From IMG/VR virus record IMGVR_UViG_3300035491_000281: a stretch of 64,000 nt of DNA; one strand, written 5' to 3'. Origin of the DNA: a virus (lineage: Duplodnaviria > Caudoviricetes). The notes beneath the pieces are model-generated. The model saw only the letters and a program-made list of their open reading frames with translations, did not search any database and was not told the DNA's origin. Each line of letters begins with the position of its first letter. The stretch's first letter is position 1. Below are positions 18,078 to 27,416 of the stretch, piece by piece. The translations under genes and the position numbers were made by a program.

Positions 18078-20141
18078 TTAGAACGACGGCGGTAGATGAC
18101 TGTTGTCATCCGTCGCACCCCAGTAGAATGTTTCACCCGCGGTGTTAACCGTGACCGAGTAGTTGAAGCCGGCATCCGCCAAAACAAACGGGCCGAATTC
18201 AGGGTCGATCGCCCACAGTGGGTTGTTGTCACCGAGGGTGGTGACGGTCTGGTCTTCGCCAAGTAGGACCAGGTGGCGATAACGCCCGCTGACCGCAGTG
18301 AAGAGACCCTCGATTGCCGGCAACGCCGTTACTGTAGTGGCACTTCCCGGATTGTTGATTGCCCATGCACTGACCAGTCCGGTATCATGCAGAACGACCA
18401 TGTGAGATTCACCCACAGCAGCTTCAACCGCATCCACGATCCCTGCCAACACCGCATTGGCTGCCGTTACGAAAGCGGCATGACCGCGAGCTTGCACCGT
18501 GCCGTCGAGCATCACCACCAGGGTGTGTTCCACGTTGAGCGCGTCGCTGGTGGTGTTGGTGTAAACACCGTCCACACCCGATCCCACCACGATGGTACCG
18601 CCGGCGGCATCGAAACGCAGCAGCGAATCGTCAGTCAAGACCACGTACACCGCTTCGCGCCGCGCCGCCAGTTGCCATGGCGAAGACGTCGGTGCCTCAA
18701 TGGCCCCCACGCGATAGCTGGCCGGCGGCTGGATCGCCGCACTACCAAAGACCTCGATGAAGCCCTCTTCCGTAACACGGTAAGCCGCATCCTTGGTAAA
18801 GGCGATTTGCTCATCAGCCGTAATAGTGTCAGTAAACAGTGCCGGTTGCGGAACCTCCAGTGCTTGGCCGTTAGACAGATGTAGTGCGTAACGGTCATAA
18901 CCGGTAGTGATCGCCGCCACCTGCACCCGTGCCGGTAGTGCTGCTGGGTTGACGTTGATCGTCAGGGCCCCGGCGTTGGCATCGGTGTACTCGGTGGTCA
19001 GGGTGTCGAGAATGTCTTCCACGTCCTCGAAGCTGGGCAGGGTTTGCCGCCATTCGGCATCGGTCATCCCGGCAAAACGCGGAGTATCTTGCGCGCTAAC
19101 GGTAGCCAGTTTCTGGTCAATGGTGGCCTTGTCGTAGGTCCCGACTTGTTCCGCCGTAGTACGGTGCGGGTTGTTCAAATCCAGCTGGTGGTTGTCCAAC
19201 TCTTGTTCGAGCTGATCGATCCGTCCCGAATCGCTGTTCTGTTGCAGCAGTGCCGCTGCGCTATACGGTGTCAGATAGCGGTCATTACGGGTGGTATCCA
19301 CCGCTTCTTCCGGGGTTGCCGGGGGGTAGTTCGCAACGTTCCCCAGACCCACCTGGAGTTTGGTGGTTTGGTGGGGATTGTTCTTGTCCGCAATGTGCGC
19401 ATTCAGCGGAGTCAGCGCTTGCTTGGTGATTGCCTGCGCGGTGGTACGCGGGGTCATCAGGCTGGCGTTGTCCAACCCGTCTTCAGCCTTGAGCTGCGTG
19501 GCCGGTGGGTAGTTCGGGACATTACCTAGACCCACATGGGTCTTAGTGGTGCGATGTGGGTTGTTGTAGTCGTTCAAGTGGTCGACGTTCGCTCCTGAGC
19601 TGGCCTCCACCACTGCGTCGGCGATGTCGGTCAGAGCCACCAGCAGCTCATCACTACCGACCAGGTCATCCAGCTGCTGATCGTGCGGTACCGGTGGGAA
19701 GGTGGCCGGCAAAACATCGATCTGTGCCCAGGAGCGGGTAATCGGGTTGTAGTGTTTGTTCGACAGCTCGGCAAGAATCGCCTGCTCGGAGAAGCCCCAC
19801 TGCCCACCCAGGGTGCGGTAACGCATCCGCACGATCCCACTGATATCGCGCTTGATGAAGCGAATGCTGCCGGCAATCGGCCGACCAATGGCATCCATCG
19901 CTTCCACGAAGTAGTGCCCAAACAGGAAATCCACCCCCTCGATATACGGGGTGTTGGTGTTGTCGTTGACGAGCTCAAAGCCCTCGACAAAGAACGGCGC
20001 TGCTTGCGGGATGATGAAATAAAAGTCATCCCGACCCGGAACCTGCAGCGTTTGACGTTCGTTGGGAATCAGGTTGTTGGGATTACTCCCGTAGGGGTCA
20101 AACTCATACAGACCCGTGGTCGCTTGCGTAGTCATGTCCAC
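18078..20141 (-). CDS. Tail-fibre/baseplate protein with NPH repeats and C-terminal RCC1-like beta-propeller
   Basis: N-terminal YEFDPYG.NPNNLI.NE domain, three NNPH.TT..QVG repeats, C-terminal blades AVGESHMVVL..TGLVSAW / GRYRHLVLLG / AGFNYSVTV..AGETFYWG. Confidence 0.7.
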   Translation of the reverse strand: MDMTTQATTGLYEFDPYGSNPNNLIPNERQTLQVPGRDDFYFIIPQAAPFFVEGFELVNDNTNTPYIEGVDFLFGHYFVEAMDAIGRPIAGSIRFIKRDISGIVRMRYRTLGGQWGFSEQAILAELSNKHYNPITRSWAQIDVLPATFPPVPHDQQLDDLVGSDELLVALTDIADAVVEASSGANVDHLNDYNNPHRTTKTHVGLGNVPNYPPATQLKAEDGLDNASLMTPRTTAQAITKQALTPLNAHIADKNNPHQTTKLQVGLGNVANYPPATPEEAVDTTRNDRYLTPYSAAALLQQNSDSGRIDQLEQELDNHQLDLNNPHRTTAEQVGTYDKATIDQKLATVSAQDTPRFAGMTDAEWRQTLPSFEDVEDILDTLTTEYTDANAGALTINVNPAALPARVQVAAITTGYDRYALHLSNGQALEVPQPALFTDTITADEQIAFTKDAAYRVTEEGFIEVFGSAAIQPPASYRVGAIEAPTSSPWQLAARREAVYVVLTDDSLLRFDAAGGTIVVGSGVDGVYTNTTSDALNVEHTLVVMLDGTVQARGHAAFVTAANAVLAGIVDAVEAAVGESHMVVLHDTGLVSAWAINNPGSATTVTALPAIEGLFTAVSGRYRHLVLLGEDQTVTTLGDNNPLWAIDPEFGPFVLADAGFNYSVTVNTAGETFYWGATDDNSHLPPSF

Positions 20142-20186
20142 TCCTTACCGTAATCAGGCGCTTTGGCTGATTAATGTTCTGAGAAT

Positions 20187-20195
20187 CATAAGATT
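20187..20195 (-). promoter_or_regulatory. Candidate late promoter AATCTTATG
   Basis: Identical 9-mer at 35307-35315 and GATCTTATG at 46168-46176, each 45-60 nt upstream of a minus-strand structural gene; TATG is the known phiKZ late motif. Confidence 0.6.
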
Positions 20196-20234
20196 GTTTC
20201 TTTTCTATAGACCCCACGCCTTAGGAGCCTGCGC

Positions 20235-21479
20235 ATGTACACACTCACTGGCGCTCGATATCGCAAAGATCGGCGGGACGGTCGCTGGGAAGTGGCCGAC
20301 TTGTCGACTGTTCCGGTCACCACCCTGACCACCACCCATGGCGATGTCTGGCTGTTTATTACCTACCCCTCGGTCTCCGAACCTAAAGCATTGCGCTTTG
20401 ATCTGGTGGCAAATTGGGTCAGTAGTCTGGATGCCGGCAAGACGGTGAGCGAGTGGTTGACCGGCCTGGGGAACCGTACCTTACCGTTCGCTGAAATCAA
20501 CCCACAGTTTCGACCCCATTACGTCCGTTATGCCCAAGCCTGGCATGCCGGTTACAACATTGAACCGATCGGACGGATTGGCACCCCTGACAAGGGCGGT
20601 AGCAAATTCGACAAAGAAGACCTAGTGGTGACCCGCGAGGATCTAACCCCACGGCAAATAGCTGACTATGCCCTGTTCTCTGTCAACGGGTTGTTTCATC
20701 GTACCGAATGGCGGGAAGATGGGGTGCGCATCCGTGGCGGTAACCTCAGCTTGCGTAAGGCCAACGACAATCAGATCGGCCTGCATTCATTCCGAGATGT
20801 CGGCAAACTGCAGTACGTCTCGATCACCGAAACAATGCTGAGTCGTCAGCGTCCCGACGCGCCACTGCGCAAAGCCGTCTACGTCACCCTACCGGAAACA
20901 GTTGACCTCAATAACAAAACGGCACTGCTGGTATTGGGGGGTTATCTCCAGGCTCTCGGCAAAGGCTACACCCGAGTGGGGGAACGTACCTACCGCATCG
21001 AGTTGGGTAACCTGATGCTGATGGAACGCTACTTCGATTCCCGCACCAGTCTGGATTTGTCGTCACTGGGTCTCAGCCAAAACCCAGCGAATCCCTCTGC
21101 GGTCAGTCGAGCGGAGTTGGAAAGCGACGCAGTACTGATCCGTTACCTCACGCTGGAGCAGAGTTTTTTCGTCGTGGTGGACAGCCCCAGCATGTTCCAA
21201 GAGCTGATCCCCCTCGAAGGTACCGGCTTACCCGGGCGCTACTACGCGCACGAAGCGCACAACTTCCCGGTCATGGGCGCCTACGGGCGGATGTTGGAAT
21301 ACCACACCATCGAAGAGGACGGCCTCTGGGTGGTGTGCGCCATGGACAACCTGCGACACAAGTACGACTTCCATACGCGGAAGTGGCGCACCAAAGCGGT
21401 CAATGATGCCGGGCGGTATCCGGCGTTTCCATTTGTTCACGCACACGCTTTCAGTCGCCTGCTAGGGGTTGAGAAATGA
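20235..21479 (+). CDS. Probable virion structural protein
   Basis: 414 aa, AGGAG SD, divergent from the fibre operon; phiKZ-like synteny. Confidence 0.65.
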   Translation: MYTLTGARYRKDRRDGRWEVADLSTVPVTTLTTTHGDVWLFITYPSVSEPKALRFDLVANWVSSLDAGKTVSEWLTGLGNRTLPFAEINPQFRPHYVRYAQAWHAGYNIEPIGRIGTPDKGGSKFDKEDLVVTREDLTPRQIADYALFSVNGLFHRTEWREDGVRIRGGNLSLRKANDNQIGLHSFRDVGKLQYVSITETMLSRQRPDAPLRKAVYVTLPETVDLNNKTALLVLGGYLQALGKGYTRVGERTYRIELGNLMLMERYFDSRTSLDLSSLGLSQNPANPSAVSRAELESDAVLIRYLTLEQSFFVVVDSPSMFQELIPLEGTGLPGRYYAHEAHNFPVMGAYGRMLEYHTIEEDGLWVVCAMDNLRHKYDFHTRKWRTKAVNDAGRYPAFPFVHAHAFSRLLGVEK

Positions 21480-22234
21480 AGACACTGTTTAAACGTGGGA
21501 ACTCCCAACAGAACAACACCCAAGCCTTGGGTGTGGGGGAGATCTCGATCGATATTGAAAAGAAGGCTATCCGGATTCACGACGGGGTGACGCCCGGCGG
21601 TTTTGAGATTCTGGGCACGCAGGCAGTAATCCCACCTGAGACCGGTCCAGGGGAGAAATTTGTACTGGCTGGGGATGACGCTCTAGGTTGGTACGGCACT
21701 GTTGCCGCCACTGATTTTATCAATGGGCCGGATCTGGCTTTGGCAGTGGGGCTGTCGGCGGGTAATAGCCTGTACCCGGATAGTGACTGGATGAAGTTCG
21801 CTCATCAGGATCGGATTTTGTTCATTCCCAAGCAGTGCCTGCGCCACGCCTTAAGCTGGGATCAACTTAATGCGTTGGGACTGGTGTATGGTGAGACCAC
21901 GGTAGTCATTAAGGGGTTGACTTACAAAGTACGATTGATTCAGGGTGCGGCAAACGACCCCGCGCTGAGCGCCACGGACGCCGGTCGGGAGTGGAACGAC
22001 CTGATCTACCGGGTCTCTGACGGCGATCCCACCCAGACCTTCTGGGCCCGGTACACTAACGCGGAGCTCAACGTCGCCGGCGGGAACGGCACCTATACGT
22101 GGTGTCAGGAGAAGTACAGTAGTTCGGACCGGGTGTACCGTGGTCTGAATGGTGTCACCAGCATGAACACGGTAAGTACAACCTACACGGGTGTGGCCAT
22201 TGGTTGGCGCCCGGTGTTGGAGTTGGTACTGTAA
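21476..22234 (+). CDS. Virion protein with Mtd_N-like N-terminus and GWRPVLEL C-terminus
   Basis: LFKRGNSQQNN....GEISIDIEKKAIRIHDGVTPGG (Mtd_N/hyaluronidase-N type); ATGA overlap with the upstream gene. Confidence 0.7.
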   Translation: MKTLFKRGNSQQNNTQALGVGEISIDIEKKAIRIHDGVTPGGFEILGTQAVIPPETGPGEKFVLAGDDALGWYGTVAATDFINGPDLALAVGLSAGNSLYPDSDWMKFAHQDRILFIPKQCLRHALSWDQLNALGLVYGETTVVIKGLTYKVRLIQGAANDPALSATDAGREWNDLIYRVSDGDPTQTFWARYTNAELNVAGGNGTYTWCQEKYSSSDRVYRGLNGVTSMNTVSTTYTGVAIGWRPVLELVL

Positions 22235-22239
22235 CACGG

Positions 22240-22274
22240 CATAAAGCCCTCCCCCGATTGGGGGAGGGCCTATG
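22240..22274. terminator. Bidirectional terminator-like palindrome
   Basis: CATAAAGCCCTCCCCC-gatt-GGGGGAGGGCCTATG between convergent genes. Confidence 0.8.
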
Positions 22275-22285
22275 TCCGTCACTAC

Positions 22286-22879
22286 TTAGAAGCGACCACT
22301 GTGGCCGAAGCCACCGTCACCGCGTGCCGTGGTTTGACCGAACTCCTCGACGAAGTTCAGACCGATGTGGTAGCGGTGCACCACGAAGTACTGCGCCACC
22401 CGCTCGCCCGGCTCGATGGTGATTTCGATGCCGGTCTCCTCTTCATGACGATTCCACAGGGTCAGTAGCAGCTCACCCTGGTAGTCGCTGTCGATCACAC
22501 CGATCAGGTTCCCCAGCACCACACCCTTGGTACCCAAGCCGCTGCGCGGGGCGATCAGACCCACCAGCTCGTAGTTCCGGATGTGGATTGCCAAGCCGGT
22601 GTGTACCAGCTGCTGTTGACCCGGTTTCAACGTCAGCGCTTCTTTACCGACGTAGCGCAGGTCCAGCCCGGCGCTGCCTGAGGTCGCACTACCACCAGTG
22701 GCGTAGGCCCCTTTGATGGCGGTGATCAGATTCTCGTCCAGGCCTTCGAAGCTGGATTCGACGTACTTGGCTTCCATTGGGATGTAACGATGGAACTCAG
22801 CATCGGCTACAGTACCGATAATGGTGTTGGCGACGGTGAGCAGCTCATCGCTGATAGCGGGTTGGTTTTGGGTAGACAT
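22286..22879 (-). CDS. dut: dUTPase (trimeric type) with N-terminal extension
   Basis: SAGLDL, PRSGLG, GVIDSDYQG, ERVAQ, RGDGGFGHSG motifs I-V; start MSTQNQ at 22879. Confidence 0.93.
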   Translation of the reverse strand: MSTQNQPAISDELLTVANTIIGTVADAEFHRYIPMEAKYVESSFEGLDENLITAIKGAYATGGSATSGSAGLDLRYVGKEALTLKPGQQQLVHTGLAIHIRNYELVGLIAPRSGLGTKGVVLGNLIGVIDSDYQGELLLTLWNRHEEETGIEITIEPGERVAQYFVVHRYHIGLNFVEEFGQTTARGDGGFGHSGRF

Positions 22880-22928
22880 GGAGCATGTTCCGTATTGGTT
22901 AAGGTTGGAGGGGATTACCGCAATGGGG

Positions 22929-23627
22929 TCAGGCCTCAACGACTGGCAGTGGCGTCTGGCCGTTTTTCGCGCAGTAGGCTTCGAATACCGAACGCGGGGT
23001 ATCGGTGGGTCCCACCATGAAACTGGCACCCAGCGCACCGCCTTTCCAGCTGCTTTTCTCCCAGCCTGACTCAGTGGAGAACTTCAGCTCGGCGCTGCGG
23101 GTGACATCATCCCGACTGAGTTTCGACAACCATGCCCACTTACCCCGGCCGCGCCGCCAGAGGTACGCGGTAATGGTCACTTCGGCAGTGATGAGTTCAC
23201 CATCGACGTCCTGGAGCTGAAAGACATGGGTCGTCTGACCGTCAAACTCCACCAGGCGGGTGTTGACCATCCGCCACTCTGCCCAGGGATACGACCACAG
23301 GGTAGTGGCGCTGGTCCGGCTGTCGAAGGTCTGCGGGCCGTAGAAGCACTGCAGGTCAGTAGGCCCTACCGCCACACCAACGATACGCTCTTGTCCCGCT
23401 TTGGTTGGGCGAAGCAGGCCAGGTAGTTCCAGGATCAGGGTTTTACCAAAGCCAGAAAAGCGCAGGTTACAGCCCGGGGCGTGCGCGTGCCCGGAGCTCA
23501 ACGCCAAGCGGAAGGGGTAGTGCGTATCGCAATGCTCCGCTACCGTCAGTGGGCCGAAGTGACGATCCTTGTCGCTCCAGCGGCGCTTGGGGCGCCGCAG
23601 GAAGGCTGGTTTCAATGTAGCAAGCAT
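22929..23627 (-). CDS. Hypothetical protein (likely accessory)
   Basis: 232 aa, AGGAG SD, Trp/basic-rich; no known motif. Confidence 0.6.
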   Translation of the reverse strand: MLATLKPAFLRRPKRRWSDKDRHFGPLTVAEHCDTHYPFRLALSSGHAHAPGCNLRFSGFGKTLILELPGLLRPTKAGQERIVGVAVGPTDLQCFYGPQTFDSRTSATTLWSYPWAEWRMVNTRLVEFDGQTTHVFQLQDVDGELITAEVTITAYLWRRGRGKWAWLSKLSRDDVTRSAELKFSTESGWEKSSWKGGALGASFMVGPTDTPRSVFEAYCAKNGQTPLPVVEA

Positions 23628-23649
23628 AGACTACTCCTTGTGGTCTGGA

Positions 23650-26130
23650 TTATGCGATTTTAACGTGTTGGTTGTAGCTTTGTGGAACCGTGATATTGGA
23701 CGGGTCAAGCACGCAGATCTCTGCCTGGTTAAACGCCCCGTGGGTGGCATCAAAGTGACTGATGTAAAAGAGCTGGTTGACCTGCCCCATTTCCAGTAAC
23801 CGATTGATGAACGGAATCAAGTTCAGACGGTGCTGCTCGTCGAACGTGCTGCCGAACTCATCAAGGTACAACGGATGGTCGTCCAGTCCCAGGAACTTAC
23901 GGGCCAACAACTTAAACGCGAAGTTGACAATATCCCGCTGAGAGGCCGAACCCCGACTGATGTCCGGTGCCACCACCGCGCCGTCGTTGACCTTCAATGG
24001 GAACTTGTAATCCAGCTCCTCTTTCTCAACCTGCGAGGGAAGGACTTCCATCGGGTAGGTCCAGACTTCTCCAATCACCGCGTTGAGCAGTTTAACTACC
24101 ACCTGCATGAACCCCATCAGGTAGCGCCCGATCAACCCACCGGTGGGCGCTAACGCTTTCACCAGCAGGCCCAAGTCCTGATGGGTCTGCAGGGCTTCGT
24201 CGTGCTGCTTTTGGATATCGCGCAGCAGCCCTTCTTGCAGTTCCGCCCGGGACAGGTTTTCCTGGGTCTGGGCAATGCGGTGATGGGTCTGTCGGGTCTC
24301 CTCGGCTACCGCGGTCTGAAACAGGAACTGACGCTGATGTTCGACCTTCTCCAGAAACGCCGACAGCTGTTCGTGCACCTGCACCAGTTGACGCTTGAAA
24401 CCATCACCACGTTGCAACCAACGCTCCAAGGCTTCAATGCGTTGACTCAGGGTTCGAATCTCATCGGTGGTTTGGCTGATCTCAGTTTCCAGCTGCTTAC
24501 GCCGTTGATCGGTCTGGGTCAGGGCGTCCCGGTCAATGGCTTCGACGTAACGCAGGCGGTGCTGTAGGATTTCCCGCTCTTGCCGGGTCAAGTCCAATTG
24601 CAACTTGAGCTCCATGCCGTTGCGCCACTGCGTCGCCGCGGTGATGAACTGCCGCGGGTTCCGCGACATGACGCGCTGCTCCAAGCAGTAGTCCCACACT
24701 GGCTGGAACACCGGGTTACCCTGCACCAACCCCCGGAACGCCCGGACGTAACTCAGATAGTCATGGAAATCCTCCAGGTACTGCTTGAGTTCGGCCAGTT
24801 TGGGTTCCATCGCCTCGTTTTGCTCGCCCAGACTGCGCAGCTCGCGTTCCAGCTTCACGACTTCGTTGGGATCGACGCCCGGTTTGAAGGTGTGTTCACA
24901 TGCCGGACACTGTACTGTCTCACACCCTTTGAGGCGGGCAATTCGTCCAACCAACGCGTTAGCACGAGAGTCGTTAGCTTGCCGTTGGGCCTCCATGGTC
25001 TTCAGGCTTTCCTGTGCCAGCCCGGCGCGCTCGCTGTTAAACCGGCCGTCTTCGTTCAGGGGAGTGCTTTGCAGCAGGTTCGCCCATTCTTCAAAGGTGC
25101 GAGTTAACAACTCCAGAGGCTGTCGATCGAGCGGTAATGTCACCAGGGGAAACGCCCCGGTGTAGTCGCCGACCTGTTTATCGTAGACGTACTCCTGTTG
25201 GACCAGTGTTTCGACCTGCAGGCGTAGTTCGGCAATCTGCTCATCGGTCAGTTCGGCATCGCGAGCGGGCGTCTGCTGTAGCAGCCGTTGGTGCTCATCA
25301 TTCATCCGCTCCAGCAGGGTACGCTTCCCGTGCAATTGCTCACGCAACTCCACCAGCCCGTTATCTCGGTGAACCGCGGGGTCGGTCGGAATCTCCAGAT
25401 GCTGTAGCAATAGCCGTCGAGCCCGTCCGGTCAATTCGCGCAACTGAGCTTCAAAGTCCTGGTTATCGCGGAACGCCGATTCCAAACCGGCTTGCCGCAG
25501 TTCGAACAACCGATCTAGTTTATCGGTTCCACGCTTGATCTCCGCGCGGTACTGGGCCAGCGTGCTGTCATCGGCTAGGTCGTGGTTTTCCTGCCCCATG
25601 CGCTTGGTCAAGTGTTTGATTACCCCGAGCTTATCCCGGTGATGGTCCTTGACCTTGTTGTAGACGTTAAAGGCGTATCCCAGCTCGACGGGCGATAACA
25701 GGGTCAGCCAATGACGACGCTCGGCGGTCGACATGTCGGTAAAAGTTTTCAGACCGATCATCAATTCGTGGATCTTACGAGTCAGTCCGAACTCTTGGCG
25801 CACTAACTCTTCCTGAATGGCGAAGGTTCCGCCTTGGTTGAGTTCCTCACCGTTACGGACAAAGGAGTGCGAACCACTACCGCCGTTGTAGACCGACTTA
25901 AGCTCGTACTCGAAGTTGCGGTGACTGACGTGGATGATTTTAGACCCGCCTTTCACAAACCCACTGTGGTGGGCCGGTAGCGGGGTCAGTTCTTCCAATA
26001 CCGACGACTTCCCCGACCCGTTGGAGCCGATGATCAGCTGCATGCTACGGGTGGGGTGGTATTCGAATCGCTGGATGTTGGACAGCATCAGGCGCTTGTA
26101 CTTTTCCAGTATAAAGGTTGTAATTTGCAT
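23650..26130 (-). CDS. sbcC: SbcC/Rad50-like SMC ATPase (phiKZ gp165-like)
   Basis: Walker A GSNGSGKS, zinc-hook CPAC, signature SRGSASQ, Walker B LYLDEFGSTFD. Confidence 0.9.
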   Translation of the reverse strand: MQITTFILEKYKRLMLSNIQRFEYHPTRSMQLIIGSNGSGKSSVLEELTPLPAHHSGFVKGGSKIIHVSHRNFEYELKSVYNGGSGSHSFVRNGEELNQGGTFAIQEELVRQEFGLTRKIHELMIGLKTFTDMSTAERRHWLTLLSPVELGYAFNVYNKVKDHHRDKLGVIKHLTKRMGQENHDLADDSTLAQYRAEIKRGTDKLDRLFELRQAGLESAFRDNQDFEAQLRELTGRARRLLLQHLEIPTDPAVHRDNGLVELREQLHGKRTLLERMNDEHQRLLQQTPARDAELTDEQIAELRLQVETLVQQEYVYDKQVGDYTGAFPLVTLPLDRQPLELLTRTFEEWANLLQSTPLNEDGRFNSERAGLAQESLKTMEAQRQANDSRANALVGRIARLKGCETVQCPACEHTFKPGVDPNEVVKLERELRSLGEQNEAMEPKLAELKQYLEDFHDYLSYVRAFRGLVQGNPVFQPVWDYCLEQRVMSRNPRQFITAATQWRNGMELKLQLDLTRQEREILQHRLRYVEAIDRDALTQTDQRRKQLETEISQTTDEIRTLSQRIEALERWLQRGDGFKRQLVQVHEQLSAFLEKVEHQRQFLFQTAVAEETRQTHHRIAQTQENLSRAELQEGLLRDIQKQHDEALQTHQDLGLLVKALAPTGGLIGRYLMGFMQVVVKLLNAVIGEVWTYPMEVLPSQVEKEELDYKFPLKVNDGAVVAPDISRGSASQRDIVNFAFKLLARKFLGLDDHPLYLDEFGSTFDEQHRLNLIPFINRLLEMGQVNQLFYISHFDATHGAFNQAEICVLDPSNITVPQSYNQHVKIA

Positions 26131-26206
26131 GGCGCTTAGCGTTCCGTCCAGAATTGGCTCTAACTCTATAGTAAGAAGACCCTCAGTGAATTCTCTGGAG
26201 CTTGAT

Positions 26207-27049
26207 ATGCAGGTATCTCAACTGGTCCCGTACAGCATCGGGATTGCTGCGGAAAACAAACCGCTGAACACCCGGACCCTCAACGTTACGCCGATTGAGG
26301 TTCTGTCCGCATTGGATGGGGAGTTGAACTTCAACCCCACCAGTACCACCAGTGTGGGTACTGACAGTGCGGGTAACCGCTATGAAGTCAAAGCCACCGT
26401 AGACAACACCATCACCGCTGAGTGGTACCCAGGTAATTCTAACCGCGTCACACCCCCTGATATCCGTCGCGGGGAGCTGATTGACATTTTCCGGTTGGCA
26501 GACAGTGATCAGTACTACTGGCGCTGCATGGGCCTGCGTGATGACCTGCGCCGTTTGGAGACGGTGATCTTTGCCTTCAATGGCTCTCCCAAAGAAGGAG
26601 GAAAGGGTATTGACTTCGATACCTGTTATTTCCTGGAGATCTCCACCCACAAGAAGCTGGTGACCTTTCAGACCTCGCAAGCCAATGGTGAGCCGTTTCG
26701 TTACACCTTCCAGATCAATGCGGACGAAGGTCGGACGGTGTTGACCGACGACGTGGGAAACTACTTCGAGCTCGACAGTGCCAAAACCAATTTACGGTTG
26801 GAGAATATCGACGGCACCCACCTGGAACTGAACCGTAAGGACATCAAAGGCTACGCCCCCAACAACATCGATCTCAAGGCCGACAACAACATCAGCCTGA
26901 CCGCGGGCAAGGACATCAATCTGCAAGCGGGTAACAACGCCATGATCAACGGGGGAAAGATGGCAGGCTTGGTGTCAGGTGGAACGTCCTTAATCCTAAC
27001 GCCTGCTGGTGGTACATTGAAGGCGGCTGACTTCTCAGCAACCCAATAA
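26207..27049 (+). CDS. Baseplate central spike protein (phiKZ gp164-like)
   Basis: Start MQVSQL at 26207 (GGAG SD); OB-fold-like N-terminus then beta-helix repeats (NIDLKADNNISLTAGKDINLQAG); precedes a PAAR gene. Confidence 0.75.
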   Translation: MQVSQLVPYSIGIAAENKPLNTRTLNVTPIEVLSALDGELNFNPTSTTSVGTDSAGNRYEVKATVDNTITAEWYPGNSNRVTPPDIRRGELIDIFRLADSDQYYWRCMGLRDDLRRLETVIFAFNGSPKEGGKGIDFDTCYFLEISTHKKLVTFQTSQANGEPFRYTFQINADEGRTVLTDDVGNYFELDSAKTNLRLENIDGTHLELNRKDIKGYAPNNIDLKADNNISLTAGKDINLQAGNNAMINGGKMAGLVSGGTSLILTPAGGTLKAADFSATQ

Positions 27050-27061
27050 CCGGAGGTGGCT

Positions 27062-27325
27062 ATGCCTGGCATTGCGTTGGTAGGTAAAGATACGGCTGGG
27101 GGAACCCAATTAGGTGGTGGTCAAGGCTTCTTTAAAGTCGACGGCGCCCCTGTGGTGCTGGTGGGTGATGCGATTGCCGGTCACGGTAAGTCACCACATA
27201 GCGCCCCAGTCATGGTGGCCGGGGCCGATTGGTTTCGGATCAACGGCAAACCGGTCTGTCGGGCCGGTGATCCGGCCAGCTGTGGTCATGCCAGTACTGG
27301 ACAATCCTGGTTTCGGATCGGGTAA
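27062..27325 (+). CDS. PAAR-domain spike tip protein
   Basis: VDGAPVVLVGD..AGH, H, INGKPVCRAGD.ASCGH metal ligands; GGAGG SD before ATG 27062. Confidence 0.9.
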   Translation: MPGIALVGKDTAGGTQLGGGQGFFKVDGAPVVLVGDAIAGHGKSPHSAPVMVAGADWFRINGKPVCRAGDPASCGHASTGQSWFRIG

Positions 27326-27376
27326 ATAGCACGGGGTCCTGCGGGACTCCGTCTATGCCGTCGGGACTTGACGAAA

Positions 27377-27405
27377 TAGACCCCCTCCCGAAGGAGGGGG
27401 ATCTA
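27377..27405. terminator. Bidirectional terminator-like hairpin
   Basis: CCCCCTCC-cgaa-GGAGGGGG between convergent genes. Confidence 0.7.
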
Positions 27406-27416
27406 AAGGCTACTGC

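Noticed and set aside
21476-22234. Diversity-generating retroelement
   Set aside because: No reverse transcriptase or adenine-variant template repeat in the window.
25934-26206. N-terminal extension of the spike ORF overlapping SbcC
   Set aside because: Overlaps the antisense SbcC start; a better start with GGAG SD lies at 26207.
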